DNA of 64,000 nucleotides from a virus, in IMG/VR virus record IMGVR_UViG_3300023296_001674, one strand, 5' to 3'. The position numbers were made by a program, and so were the translations under genes. Shown in pieces: positions 35,699 through 45,275 of the stretch (the first letter of the stretch is position 1; every line of letters starts with the position of its first letter). The notes below the pieces were generated by a model. The model was not told the origin of the DNA. It saw only the letters and a list, made by a program, of their open reading frames with translations, and did not search any database.

Positions 35699-36574
35699 TT
35701 GTTTACAGGATATGAAAGTTGGGTGGAGCAATATTTCAAAGATATTGAATCATCAGAAAAAGTCGTTATTTGTTGTAACGATACATCTGCGTGGAAAATG
35801 TATCCAGACTATAATTGGGTGTACAATAAACTTGAGTTATGCAAATCACAAAATATAGAATCTGGCCCACATGGCGTAAAGCCATCATTTGAACCTGTTT
35901 TTAGTAAACCAGTTATTAATTTATATGGTCAAAATCGTCGTGCGTTGAAAATATTCAGTTGGGAAGATGCGGAGTATTATCCTGGACATTTTTGGATGCC
36001 GGTATTTAATGGAACACATCTATCGTCTGATATGGCTTTGGTTGATGGCGTAAGTCAATGGTGTTATACAATGCAAGCATTTGAAAACGATGACGGGCAA
36101 TTAACAAGGTATGAATCTGCAAATGGCGAATTTGAAGAATTGGTTGACAAAGCAAAACTTTGGGCACTGACTAATTTAAAAGGTTATACAGGTATCGTTA
36201 ATATAGAAACCATAAATGGTAAAATTATTGATTGTCATTTGCGTATGATGCCACGATTGGTTGATTTATATAGCGAGGGTTGGTTGGAAGCAGTTTCTAT
36301 ATTATATGACAAACAAACATGGACTTTTAATCGTGGCACTGAAAGTGGATACAGTTATACGTTACGTGCATCAGAAAATGGAACATGTTTGATATCTGAT
36401 AAGGATCGATTTGATGAAATAAAAAACACAGTGAGTTCTATTCAAAAAATATTTAAAAACGATTGTAATATAGTAAAAAATGGGAGACTTGTAATAGTTA
36501 ATGGATGCGATGCAACAATAGTAAATGATGCAATAAATGAACTTAATGAAATTATTATTTTGACTGATGAATAG
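35699..36574 (+). CDS. hypothetical protein, possible ATP-grasp-like C-terminal half
   Basis: TTG start with GAGG 8 nt upstream. GIVNIETINGKIIDCHLRMMPR resembles the ATP-grasp E(V/I)N.R segment. Weak. Confidence 0.35.
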   Translation: MFTGYESWVEQYFKDIESSEKVVICCNDTSAWKMYPDYNWVYNKLELCKSQNIESGPHGVKPSFEPVFSKPVINLYGQNRRALKIFSWEDAEYYPGHFWMPVFNGTHLSSDMALVDGVSQWCYTMQAFENDDGQLTRYESANGEFEELVDKAKLWALTNLKGYTGIVNIETINGKIIDCHLRMMPRLVDLYSEGWLEAVSILYDKQTWTFNRGTESGYSYTLRASENGTCLISDKDRFDEIKNTVSSIQKIFKNDCNIVKNGRLVIVNGCDATIVNDAINELNEIIILTDE

Positions 36575-36618
36575 ACAGTGTGTTATTATATATAAAATAA
36601 CATAATGGAATATTATAA

Positions 36619-37419
36619 ATGACAAAAATTCAAGAATTTCTACAAGAAGCTACCGTAATAGATACCGAAACTACCGGCGTAAATTTTAAAGAAGATGAAG
36701 TAGTCGAAGTTGCAGGTGGACGTTTAATAAATGATGAATGGAAAGTTGAATCGCTTCTCATGGGTTCAAATAATCCAGTTCCACCCGGTGCAAGTGCCGT
36801 TAATAACATCAGTAATAAAATGATTGCAGGGCTACCAAAATTTGATCAATGCATAGAAACTATAAATGATATTGTACATGTAGATTCAACAAAATATATG
36901 GTTGCACATAACTCCAATTTTGATAGACGAATGATGCTTGTTTCTTATGAACGAGCAAATGATACAGTATTCAATAAATTCGAAATTCAAGAAGATTGGA
37001 TTTGCACATGGAAACTGGCACAACAATTATATCCAAAAGATGGTGTGATGAAATACAGTTTGGCGTATTTGCGATACTATCTTGAGTTAGACATCAGTGA
37101 TGATATGCTTGCTCACCGCGCTGGCGCAGATGTTACAATGTGTGGCATATTGCTTCAACGATTGATAGAAGAAGCCATCAAGCAAGATAAAATCGATGAT
37201 ACACAAGACATTGGTACACAATTACAAAAACTTTGTTGGCAACGAATGAATATAGATTTATGGCCTTTAGGAAAGCACAAAGGAACTAAGATATCAGAAG
37301 TTCCAACAAAATATCTCATGTGGTGCACCGATAAAATTGATTTATTGGATGAAACTCACACTAAATTCGATAAAGATTTATTCACTTCAGTAGTAAAAGT
37401 ATTAGAATCGAGGCTGTAA
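36619..37419 (+). CDS. DEDDh 3'-5' exonuclease (DnaQ/RNase T-like; T4 DexA-like)
   Basis: Exo I VIDTETTG, Exo II VAHNSNFD and Exo III HRAGADV motifs in canonical order and spacing. Confidence 0.7.
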   Translation: MTKIQEFLQEATVIDTETTGVNFKEDEVVEVAGGRLINDEWKVESLLMGSNNPVPPGASAVNNISNKMIAGLPKFDQCIETINDIVHVDSTKYMVAHNSNFDRRMMLVSYERANDTVFNKFEIQEDWICTWKLAQQLYPKDGVMKYSLAYLRYYLELDISDDMLAHRAGADVTMCGILLQRLIEEAIKQDKIDDTQDIGTQLQKLCWQRMNIDLWPLGKHKGTKISEVPTKYLMWCTDKIDLLDETHTKFDKDLFTSVVKVLESRL

Positions 37420-37431
37420 TAGCCGGTTTTT
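37412..37431 (+). terminator. weak intrinsic-terminator-like hairpin (GGCT-GTAAT-AGCC) followed by T5
   Basis: 4-bp GC stem then GGTTTTT, overlapping the exonuclease stop codon. Confidence 0.25.
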
Positions 37432-37462
37432 AATAAATATCATTAGATCAAAGGGAGATTTA

Positions 37463-37981
37463 ATGATGTTTGGATTGGGTACACTTGGAACTAAATTAAT
37501 TATTGCTGGTATTGTAGTTGCCGTTATTAGTACTGCTGTTGGTGGGTTTTTTCTTTATCAAAAAAGCATTGTTTCGGATTTGCAAGATAAAATAGACTTT
37601 CAGGCTGAAGAAATAACGACGCTGACTGGCAATGTTATAAAGTTGAAGGCAAGCAATGAAAGCTTGGAGTTACAGGCAACAAAAAAAGCAGCAGAAACAA
37701 AAGCAGCGTATGCTGAAATAACACGCTTGCGTGTGGTAGACAGCGAATCTACGGCTCGGGTTAATGAAGTGGAAAGTATACTTCGTGATAGTAATAGAAA
37801 TAAACAATTAGATTCTGTCAGAAAATCTAAAAGAGCTAGTTTTCTACTTAGATTGATGGATTTGGATGCTACATGTCAAGTTGTTAATTTCGATAATGTT
37901 AATGGAAAATGCGTAAGAGGAAAATGGGTTCCAAAAGGAGAAAGAGTTATTGAGTTGGAGGTAAAATCCGATGAAAAATAA
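37463..37981 (+). CDS. i-spanin-like protein (N-terminal TM anchor + periplasmic coiled coil)
   Basis: TM segment LIIAGIVVAVISTAVGGFFLY followed by a long heptad-repeat region. The next gene starts inside its 3' end. Confidence 0.4.
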   Translation: MMFGLGTLGTKLIIAGIVVAVISTAVGGFFLYQKSIVSDLQDKIDFQAEEITTLTGNVIKLKASNESLELQATKKAAETKAAYAEITRLRVVDSESTARVNEVESILRDSNRNKQLDSVRKSKRASFLLRLMDLDATCQVVNFDNVNGKCVRGKWVPKGERVIELEVKSDEK

Positions 37982-38531
37982 CATTTTATATGCCGTAGTA
38001 TTATTGATGGTGTTAACTGGATGTGAACAAGTGCAAAAAACTGAATCTATTAAATTGGTAACTGCTACCACTTATCCTGAATTACCAGACATCGAACCAT
38101 TATCTGATCCGGGGTTACTACCATGGAAACATAATATGCCACGCGATATGGAAGTTATGTCAGTTATAAACAACACTGCATGTCGTAAAGTTAAAACCAA
38201 AATAAATGAACGCATACCTTATGTGGTTGAACCTGTTGAAGAACAAACTAAAACATGGTGGAAAAAATGTGGTGAGCATCCAATATTTCCAGAAACTAAT
38301 ATTCATGTTGGTTTCGATTTAGAAAATTGGAATATAGTACTTTCTAATTTATTCAAATTAAAAGAACGCAATTGGCAGTATAAACAACGTGTATTGGAAA
38401 TAAATAATCAACGCGAAACATGGCGCAATCAAGCAGAGCGCGAACGTATAAAAATACCCATAGAACCACCAAAAAAAGAAGAACCAAAAGAAGAAAAATC
38501 GTTTTTTAAATCATTGTTCAGTGACGATTAA
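37971..38531 (+). CDS. o-spanin-like outer-membrane lipoprotein
   Basis: Lipoprotein signal MKNNILYAVVLLMVLTGC with lipobox LTGC. 11-nt embedded overlap with the i-spanin-like gene. 186 aa is long for an o-spanin. Confidence 0.4.
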   Translation: MKNNILYAVVLLMVLTGCEQVQKTESIKLVTATTYPELPDIEPLSDPGLLPWKHNMPRDMEVMSVINNTACRKVKTKINERIPYVVEPVEEQTKTWWKKCGEHPIFPETNIHVGFDLENWNIVLSNLFKLKERNWQYKQRVLEINNQRETWRNQAERERIKIPIEPPKKEEPKEEKSFFKSLFSDD

Positions 38532-38535
38532 GTTA

Positions 38536-38564
38536 TTGACAAATATGCATTATTGACGTATATT
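38536..38564 (+). promoter_or_regulatory. sigma70-type promoter (TTGACA-N17-TATATT)
   Basis: TTGACA at 38536-38541 and TATATT at 38559-38564. A TTG (38553) or ATG (38571) start follows. Confidence 0.5.
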
Positions 38565-38570
38565 ATATCT

Positions 38571-39416
38571 ATGAAAAAATATTATGAAACATTAGAAGTC
38601 GAAAAAACAGCAACCGATGCCGAAATTAAAAAATCGTATCGCAAGTTGGCTATGAAATATCATCCTGATACAAATCCCGATGATGTAACAGCCGAAAATA
38701 ATTTCAAAGAAATAAATGAAGCATATGAGGTTTTATCCGACGAAACGAAAAAATCTAACTATGATACATTTGGCGATCCTGATGGTAGACCTACACCACA
38801 CACTAGCCAGCACGGTTTTGGTGGTGGTTTTCAATCAGCAACAGATTTTAATGATATTTTCAATGATATTATGAATGCACGAAGTGCACCAAAAAATGCT
38901 CATGCACAATCACAAATGACTATTACATTGGAAGAGGCGTATGTAGGATCATCAGTTGAGATAGAAATAACTAATCATAAAAATATATCATCAAAGCAAA
39001 ATATAAGAATTCCCGCTGGTATTAAACATGGTATGACGTTACGCCTTGCGGGTGCCGGTCATCATCACATTGAGGAGTTGCCACCCGGTGATTTATTGGT
39101 TAATATACAAATCACACCACATTCCATATTTACTGTGGTAGATTACAATTTAATCATGGAAGAAAAAATTAGCATGATCGAAGCCGTGTTTGGCAAGGAA
39201 ATAGAAGTTACTACATTGGCTGGAAAAACTTTGAAATTAGAAATTCCAAAAGGAACGCAACCAAATCATAAAATTCGATTAAAAGGTAAAGGAATGCCCG
39301 TATTAAACAGAAAAGATGTATTTGGTGATTTATATATAATTGTCAATGTTGAAATACCTACGAATATAACACAAAAACAACGAGATTTATTAAGTGAATT
39401 TAATGAAGTTTCTTGA
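38571..39416 (+). CDS. dnaJ: DnaJ/CbpA-like J-domain co-chaperone (no Cys-rich zinc-finger region)
   Basis: J domain YYETLEVEKTATDAEIKKSYRKLAMKYHPDTNPDD with HPD tripeptide. Gly-rich linker GFGGGFQ. DnaJ C-terminal beta-domains. Listed ORF begins at TTG 38553. Confidence 0.75.
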   Translation: MKKYYETLEVEKTATDAEIKKSYRKLAMKYHPDTNPDDVTAENNFKEINEAYEVLSDETKKSNYDTFGDPDGRPTPHTSQHGFGGGFQSATDFNDIFNDIMNARSAPKNAHAQSQMTITLEEAYVGSSVEIEITNHKNISSKQNIRIPAGIKHGMTLRLAGAGHHHIEELPPGDLLVNIQITPHSIFTVVDYNLIMEEKISMIEAVFGKEIEVTTLAGKTLKLEIPKGTQPNHKIRLKGKGMPVLNRKDVFGDLYIIVNVEIPTNITQKQRDLLSEFNEVS

Positions 39417-39441
39417 CAAAATATAAGTGTTAAGTTATAGT
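39413..39441 (+). promoter_or_regulatory. sigma70-type promoter (TTGACA-N17-TATAGT) overlapping the dnaJ stop
   Basis: TTGACA at 39413-39418 and TATAGT at 39436-39441. The def gene starts at 39474. Confidence 0.4.
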
Positions 39442-39473
39442 TAGTTAATAGTTAATAGCACATAGGATGAAAT

Positions 39474-40004
39474 ATGATAGAAATTGTTTTAGAAGATGAT
39501 CCAGCATTAAAAATTGTTGTGCCACTATATGATTTTGACGAGCCGTTGAATATTGTAACTACACAAGATGAATTCGGTTTAACTGAATTCATTGATGCTA
39601 TGTTTGTGACCATGAAATTGAATAAAGGTCTCGGTTTGGCGGCTAATCAAATAGGACAAAACGTTCGCGTATTTGTTATGGATTTTTACGGCGAAGAATT
39701 TATTTGTATCAATCCAATAATTGAACAGTCATCAACAGAATTTACAATAGATCAAGAAGGCTGTTTAAGTTTTCCAGATTTATCATTAAATGTAAAACGA
39801 TCATCTGAAATATTTGTATCGTATTCAAATATCGATGGCGTTGAAATTCAAAGATGGTTATCTGGTATTACAGCTAGGTGTTTTCAACATGAACTAGATC
39901 ATTTGAATGGGATAACATTCGATTCACAAGTTGCAAAGCTAAGTTTAAAAATGGCTAAAGACAAAAGAAGAAAAAAAATAAAACAAAAACAAAGGAATAC
40001 CTAA
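39474..40004 (+). CDS. def: peptide deformylase
   Basis: Three PDF motifs: GLGLAANQIG (GxGxAAxQ), EGCLSFPD (EGCLS) and QHELDHLNG (HExxH). Confidence 0.8.
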   Translation: MIEIVLEDDPALKIVVPLYDFDEPLNIVTTQDEFGLTEFIDAMFVTMKLNKGLGLAANQIGQNVRVFVMDFYGEEFICINPIIEQSSTEFTIDQEGCLSFPDLSLNVKRSSEIFVSYSNIDGVEIQRWLSGITARCFQHELDHLNGITFDSQVAKLSLKMAKDKRRKKIKQKQRNT

Positions 40005-42263
40005 ATGCCTAACGGATTTGACCAACGACACATTTCTATAATGCTTCAAAAAGCAGTAACATTAGCAGAAAAATACGATCACATATATATAACATTAGAA
40101 CATATCAGTTTAGTATTACTGGATGATAAGTCCGTTGATCACGGTATTAAAGAATGCGGCGGCGACATAAAACTTATTAAAGAAATGGTTTTGACTGCAT
40201 TGTTAGATGAAGCAGATATAACTGAAGCAGGAACTGAGCCACAACCAACAAGAGCAGTCATCAATGTTATTCAACGGGCAATCCAGCATTCTGTTGGATC
40301 AGGCCGCAATACAGTTGAACCATTTTATCTTATGGCAAGTTTGTTAATGGAAAAAGATTCCGTTGCTGTATGGGCATTAGCACAACAAAATGTTGATCGT
40401 GTAAGTTTTATTAGAACTATAAATGTTCCACCATCAGGACAAAATAAAGGTGGCCCGATGAATGAACTCGATCCTATAACGGGTCAACCTATGCCACAAC
40501 CTGAAAATGCATTAAGAGATTATTGTGTTAATTTGAATGAAAAGGTAATTGCTGGTGATATTGATCCATTGATAGGTCGCGAAAAAGAAATTGAACGGTC
40601 ACTACAAGTTTTATCTAGACGACGCAAAAACAATCCATTGCTTGTTGGTGAGCCAGGAGTTGGTAAAACCGCTATTGCAGAAGGATTGGCATGGAAAATT
40701 GTTAATGAAACCGTGCCAAATTATATCAAAGATTCTATTGTATATTCGTTGGATATTGGTGCACTTATGGCTGGTGCCAAATTTCGCGGTGATGTCGAAG
40801 AACGATTAAAAGCGGTTCTTGCCGGATTGGAAGAAGTTGGCAAAACCAACAAAACCATATTATTCATTGATGAAATTCATACCATTATTGGTGCGGGTGC
40901 TACATCAGGTGGAAGTATGGATGTTAGTAACCTATTGAAACCCGCACTTGCTGCTGGTTCATTACGTTGCATGGGTTCCACCACATATGCTGAATATAAT
41001 AAGTATTTCGAAAAAGATGCGGCACTTAAGCGTCGTTTCAAAAAAATTGATATTATTGAACCTACTGTTGATGAAACAAAAACTATTATCAAAGGTTTGG
41101 CAAAATATTTTGCTGAGTATCATGAAGTTAAATTCACAAAAGAAGCATTAATGAGTGCAGTTGATTTATCCGTTAAGCATATACACGATAACAAACTTCC
41201 AGATAAAGCGATTGATGTTATTGATGAGGCGGCGGCAGCACAAAGATTATTCGATGGCGAAGATCGCCTTGAAATCATTGATGTTAAACAAATTGAAGAA
41301 ACCGTTGCAAAGATTGCAAGGATTTCTATTGATGCAACATCAAAAACCGACAAAGATAGATTGCGTAACCTTGCAGAAAATCTAACAACACATGTGTTTG
41401 GTCAAGAAGAAGCGATTGATGTTCTAACCAAGGCAGTTAAATTAAGCAAATCTGGATTGCGTGAAGAAAATAAACCGATTGGTAATTTCTTATTCAGTGG
41501 ACCTACAGGCGTAGGTAAAACCGAAGTTGCAAAACGTCTTGCCGATGAACTAGACGTTCCGTTGGTGCGATTTGATATGTCTGAATATATGCAAAAGCAC
41601 GAAGTGTCTAAACTTATTGGATCGCCACCTGGTTATGTTGGTCATGATGATAGTGATGGATTTTTAATTGAAGAAATTGATAAGCATAATTATTGTGTTT
41701 TATTGTTAGATGAAATCGAAAAAGCACACCAAGATATATTCAACGTTCTGTTACAAGTTATGGATAATGCAACACTAACCGGTGGTCGCAATAAAACAGT
41801 GCGCTTTGACAATGTTATAATCATCATGACATCAAATGCTGGTGCATCAGACCTTGCAAAAGAAGTTATGGGATTTGGCAACGAAGAGCGAGTTGGCGAT
41901 GATCTTATAGCCATCGAAAAATTATTTACACCTGAATTTAGAAATCGTTTGGATAAAATCGTTGGATTTAAACCATTACAACAAGAAATAATGAATAAAG
42001 TTGTTGTTAAATTTATAAAACAATTGAAAGTTCAACTTAAAACACAGGATGTTAAACTTACGTTGATGAAGAAAGCCATTGAGTGGCTTGCCGTTAAAGG
42101 ATACAGTTCCAAATATGGAGCACGACCACTTTCGCGTGTAATAGACAATCATATCAAGCAGCCAATATCTGAAGAGTTATTATTTGGTCAACTTGAAAAT
42201 GGTGGTTCAGTTAAAATTGACATCGTTGAAGACGAACTTGAATTCACTTACAAACCAAAATAA
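40005..42263 (+). CDS. clpA: ClpA-like double-ring AAA+ unfoldase (Clp N-domain, D1, D2; no ClpB middle domain)
   Basis: Collinear with E. coli ClpA: [44 protein letters not shown] (D1), [14 protein letters not shown]2 Walker [33 protein letters not shown] tripeptide sits at the IGL-loop position. Confidence 0.85.
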   Translation: MPNGFDQRHISIMLQKAVTLAEKYDHIYITLEHISLVLLDDKSVDHGIKECGGDIKLIKEMVLTALLDEADITEAGTEPQPTRAVINVIQRAIQHSVGSGRNTVEPFYLMASLLMEKDSVAVWALAQQNVDRVSFIRTINVPPSGQNKGGPMNELDPITGQPMPQPENALRDYCVNLNEKVIAGDIDPLIGREKEIERSLQVLSRRRKNNPLLVGEPGVGKTAIAEGLAWKIVNETVPNYIKDSIVYSLDIGALMAGAKFRGDVEERLKAVLAGLEEVGKTNKTILFIDEIHTIIGAGATSGGSMDVSNLLKPALAAGSLRCMGSTTYAEYNKYFEKDAALKRRFKKIDIIEPTVDETKTIIKGLAKYFAEYHEVKFTKEALMSAVDLSVKHIHDNKLPDKAIDVIDEAAAAQRLFDGEDRLEIIDVKQIEETVAKIARISIDATSKTDKDRLRNLAENLTTHVFGQEEAIDVLTKAVKLSKSGLREENKPIGNFLFSGPTGVGKTEVAKRLADELDVPLVRFDMSEYMQKHEVSKLIGSPPGYVGHDDSDGFLIEEIDKHNYCVLLLDEIEKAHQDIFNVLLQVMDNATLTGGRNKTVRFDNVIIIMTSNAGASDLAKEVMGFGNEERVGDDLIAIEKLFTPEFRNRLDKIVGFKPLQQEIMNKVVVKFIKQLKVQLKTQDVKLTLMKKAIEWLAVKGYSSKYGARPLSRVIDNHIKQPISEELLFGQLENGGSVKIDIVEDELEFTYKPK

Positions 42264-42277
42264 CGGAATAATACGCG

Positions 42278-42463
42278 ATGACAGAAGTATTAAAATCATT
42301 ATATATACAAAGTGAAATATCGCGCATAACTAAACGCATTAAACAATATAATCAAATTTACCATTCGTTAGAAATAAAAGATTTGAATTTAAAACGATTG
42401 ATAACTAATAAACAACGAGAAATAGATATCTTAGATATGATATCAAGAGGAAACAATCAATGA
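42278..42463 (+). CDS. hypothetical small protein
   Basis: 61-aa ORF with ATGA overlap into the next gene. Confidence 0.3.
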   Translation: MTEVLKSLYIQSEISRITKRIKQYNQIYHSLEIKDLNLKRLITNKQREIDILDMISRGNNQ

Positions 42464-42783
42464 CTGAAATAGAAACAAGAGCTACATTATTCGCCGTAAA
42501 ATCTATGTTCCCAGCAGAACACATTGAAACAGCCAATCGATTAGAATGGTGTCAAGAAAACAACATGGAATTTTTTAATGTTAGCATTCGTGGCACCAAA
42601 GTGGGTGATGTATTTTATGACGAACAAGAAATGCAAGAAATTGGCGTTCTTGAATTGCTTGATGCAGATGGTGTCAAAAAAGGCGAGATAAACCTTGAAA
42701 CATTACCACCAATCAACATCGGTATGGGATTTGTGTTTCATGATGAAACAGATGCCGCAGCATTTAAGCTGCAATGGAACTAA
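42460..42783 (+). CDS. AFKLRW-family small protein
   Basis: LEWCQENNMEF motif and C-terminal DAAAFKLQWN-stop. Confidence 0.5.
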   Translation: MTEIETRATLFAVKSMFPAEHIETANRLEWCQENNMEFFNVSIRGTKVGDVFYDEQEMQEIGVLELLDADGVKKGEINLETLPPINIGMGFVFHDETDAAAFKLQWN

Positions 42784-42977
42784 TAAAAGTATCAGTTGGC
42801 AGTGATACAAATTTAGTTGATAATTCTATAATATGGTGCAAAGAAAATAATATAAACTTTGAAAAATATGAACCAATTCATAAATCTAATAAATTTGATC
42901 GTGATATAATCGTTGGTTTTATTTTTTATTTTTTAGCAGAAGAGGACGCGTTTGCATTTAAACTGCGATGGGTTTAA
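42774..42977 (+). CDS. AFKLRW-family small protein
   Basis: IIWCKENNINF motif and C-terminal EDAFAFKLRWV-stop. 10-nt overlap with the upstream paralogue. Confidence 0.5.
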   Translation: MELIKVSVGSDTNLVDNSIIWCKENNINFEKYEPIHKSNKFDRDIIVGFIFYFLAEEDAFAFKLRWV

Positions 42978-42980
42978 GTG

Positions 42981-43009
42981 TTGACATTACCATATTATTA
43001 ATATATTAT
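42981..43009 (+). promoter_or_regulatory. sigma70-type promoter (TTGACA-N17-TATTAT)
   Basis: TTGACA at 42981-42986 and TATTAT at 43004-43009. SD AGAAGGA; ATG at 43044. Confidence 0.5.
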
Positions 43010-43043
43010 ATAGTATAGTGAAAATAGAGAAGGATTATAAAAT

Positions 43044-43823
43044 ATGAAATTTACATTTCTAGGTGCAGGTAGCGCATTTACGATGGAAAACTATCAATCT
43101 AATATGATAGTGACATCAGATTCTGGAAAAAATTTATTAATTGATTGCGGTGGCGATGTGCGCCATAGTATGAAAGCGGCAGGATTTGGCGTAGCCGATA
43201 TTGATGCGATATATGTCAGTCATCTACATTCAGATCACACTTCTGGAATCGAATGGTTGGCGTTTAATACATATTTTAATGATGCCTTAAAACAACCAAA
43301 AATGTTTATCAATGAAAAACTTTCACGTGAACTTTGGGAAAATACACTACAAGGTGGACTTGGAAGCATACAAGGAAAAATAACCACCCTTGATTCATAT
43401 TTTGAAGTTACTCGTGTTATAAAAAACAAATGTTTCATTTGGGAGGATATTGAATTTAGACTCGTTCAAGTGATTCATTATATGGATGGATTTGACATTG
43501 TTCCATCATATGGTTTGTTGTTTACAGTGAATGGATTGAGATATTTCTTAACTACTGATGCTCAACATGCTCCTTCGCAAATTCAAGATTTTTACAACAT
43601 GAGTGATGTTATCTTTCAAGATTGTGAAACTACCCCGTTTGCATCCGGTGTTCATGCGCACTATGAAGAACTTATAACACTTAATGAAGAAACAAAAGCC
43701 AAAATGATACTATATCATTATTCAGATGGCGACAAGAAAGATTGCACCAACGATGGATTTAGATGTTGGGCAACAAATCAAATGGAAATTGATTTAAATA
43801 CAGGAACGGTAATTAACGCATGA
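43044..43823 (+). CDS. metallo-beta-lactamase-fold hydrolase (RNase Z/ElaC-like candidate)
   Basis: HxHxDH motif in VSHLHSDHTSG plus downstream His/Asp ligands (HYMDG, DCETT, HYSDGD). Confidence 0.6.
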   Translation: MKFTFLGAGSAFTMENYQSNMIVTSDSGKNLLIDCGGDVRHSMKAAGFGVADIDAIYVSHLHSDHTSGIEWLAFNTYFNDALKQPKMFINEKLSRELWENTLQGGLGSIQGKITTLDSYFEVTRVIKNKCFIWEDIEFRLVQVIHYMDGFDIVPSYGLLFTVNGLRYFLTTDAQHAPSQIQDFYNMSDVIFQDCETTPFASGVHAHYEELITLNEETKAKMILYHYSDGDKKDCTNDGFRCWATNQMEIDLNTGTVINA

Positions 43824-44023
43824 CAAAAACGTGGTGGTTTTGGATAATGTTAGCATTGGGTATTATAATACAATATCCATTTGAATTATTCACTTATGGA
43901 ATGTTGCTAGAGTCAGGCGTGGCTGCATTTTTAGGACTCACATCTGGACTAAATATTTTAGAATATTATATGTGGGTTTTGGTGCTATATGCATATCATA
44001 TGGACAAATTATATATTAAATAA
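43820..44023 (+). CDS. small membrane protein
   Basis: 67 aa, two hydrophobic helices (WWFWIMLALGIIIQ and GVAAFLGLTSGLNIL). ATGA overlap. Confidence 0.35.
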   Translation: MTKTWWFWIMLALGIIIQYPFELFTYGMLLESGVAAFLGLTSGLNILEYYMWVLVLYAYHMDKLYIK

Positions 44024-44055
44024 TATAGACAATCTAACACAAAAATGGTATTATA

Positions 44056-44364
44056 ATGGCAGAACTAAGTGAAGATGAAGAATTAAAACAACTATTAGAC
44101 GACGATGATTTAAGAGATTATTTCAACGGACGCGACCCTAATAGAAAAAAATCAGACCCTTTTATATCTGAAGAGACCGCGAACCGTCATAGAGGAAAAT
44201 CCACTGTTTTAACGACAAAGGATGTTCCAGAAGAAAAACAAGAAACACACGGAATATCTTTTACACAACACGTTAAAAGCATTAAAGAAACAGCTAGGCA
44301 ATACATGTGGATAGGCATATCTGTTGGATTATTCTTAGCAATTATCATAACCTTAATATTATAG
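44056..44364 (+). CDS. tail-anchored small protein (C-terminal TM helix)
   Basis: C-terminal WIGISVGLFLAIIITLIL. Acidic N-terminus. Confidence 0.4.
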   Translation: MAELSEDEELKQLLDDDDLRDYFNGRDPNRKKSDPFISEETANRHRGKSTVLTTKDVPEEKQETHGISFTQHVKSIKETARQYMWIGISVGLFLAIIITLIL

Positions 44365-44373
44365 AGGAAAAAT

Positions 44374-44745
44374 ATGCAATCTATCGATACATTTATGGCC
44401 GATTGGTCATCTAGACAAGATGCACCGGCACATACTTCCCGTGCTAAAATTTATGAACATTTATTAGTTGAGCTAACAAAGAGCGCACGCGACAATAAAA
44501 CGGTTCGTATTAACCACATTAAATCAACATATAACAGAAGTGGCGATTTAAGAACTTTCTTGAAATGGATTACTGGCGAAGCTGATCAAAAATCATTTTC
44601 GTTAACTATGGCAGTTCAACCATCTGGTCGTCATTTTGAAGATGCCCCCAACAAAGATAAGTTGAAAACTGTCGCAGAAAAGTATGGATTTAGGGTCAAA
44701 TTTGAATATCCTGATAATCAAGGGTATGAGATGGAACGAAACTAG
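44374..44745 (+). CDS. hypothetical protein
   Basis: 123 aa, SD GAGGAAAAATATG. Confidence 0.4.
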   Translation: MQSIDTFMADWSSRQDAPAHTSRAKIYEHLLVELTKSARDNKTVRINHIKSTYNRSGDLRTFLKWITGEADQKSFSLTMAVQPSGRHFEDAPNKDKLKTVAEKYGFRVKFEYPDNQGYEMERN

Positions 44746-44769
44746 GATTCCGAACGTATGTTAACAAAA

Positions 44770-44806
44770 AAGGCTACAACGATAAATATTGGTGTAGCCT
44801 TTTTTA
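44770..44806 (+). terminator. rho-independent terminator (9-bp stem AAGGCTACA/TGTAGCCTT, 14-nt loop, T6 tail)
   Basis: Inverted repeat 44770-44778 / 44793-44801 followed by TTTTTT. Begins 25 nt after the stop of gene 44374-44745. Confidence 0.65.
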
Positions 44807-44972
44807 TGGGAAATTATTGATACATGGAAGACAAAAAAGATTTATGGTGGGTGCTTTACGAATATGGATTATATGATGCTATTAAAATTATATATCCCCC
44901 ACCTTGGAATTTTACATATATATCAAAAAACTAGCATATAAGGTTATTAAACTGATAATATAACTAATACGG

Positions 44973-45221
44973 GTGGAAAAAACTATGAAAAACATTAGAC
45001 CTGCTACCGATTATAAAATATCTTGTCAAATTACTGAATACTTTGCGGAATATAACGAAATAAGCAAATGTGTTGAAATGCTATCAGAAAAAATAGATAA
45101 TACATCATTATCACCAAAAGAAATGGATATGATTCATCAAGAATTGGATGAAAACATGGGAAAACTGGAGGAAGTATCTGGCATCCTTGCAGATTTGGGT
45201 TATATACGATTATATGATTAA
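44973..45221 (+). CDS. hypothetical small protein
   Basis: 82 aa with SD GGTGGAAAAAACTATG. Preceded by a 227-nt non-coding stretch. Confidence 0.35.
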   Translation: MEKTMKNIRPATDYKISCQITEYFAEYNEISKCVEMLSEKIDNTSLSPKEMDMIHQELDENMGKLEEVSGILADLGYIRLYD

Positions 45222-45275
45222 ATAATGACTATTTACTAAATTTATGCTACAATAATAAAAAATAAGGAAGCATTA

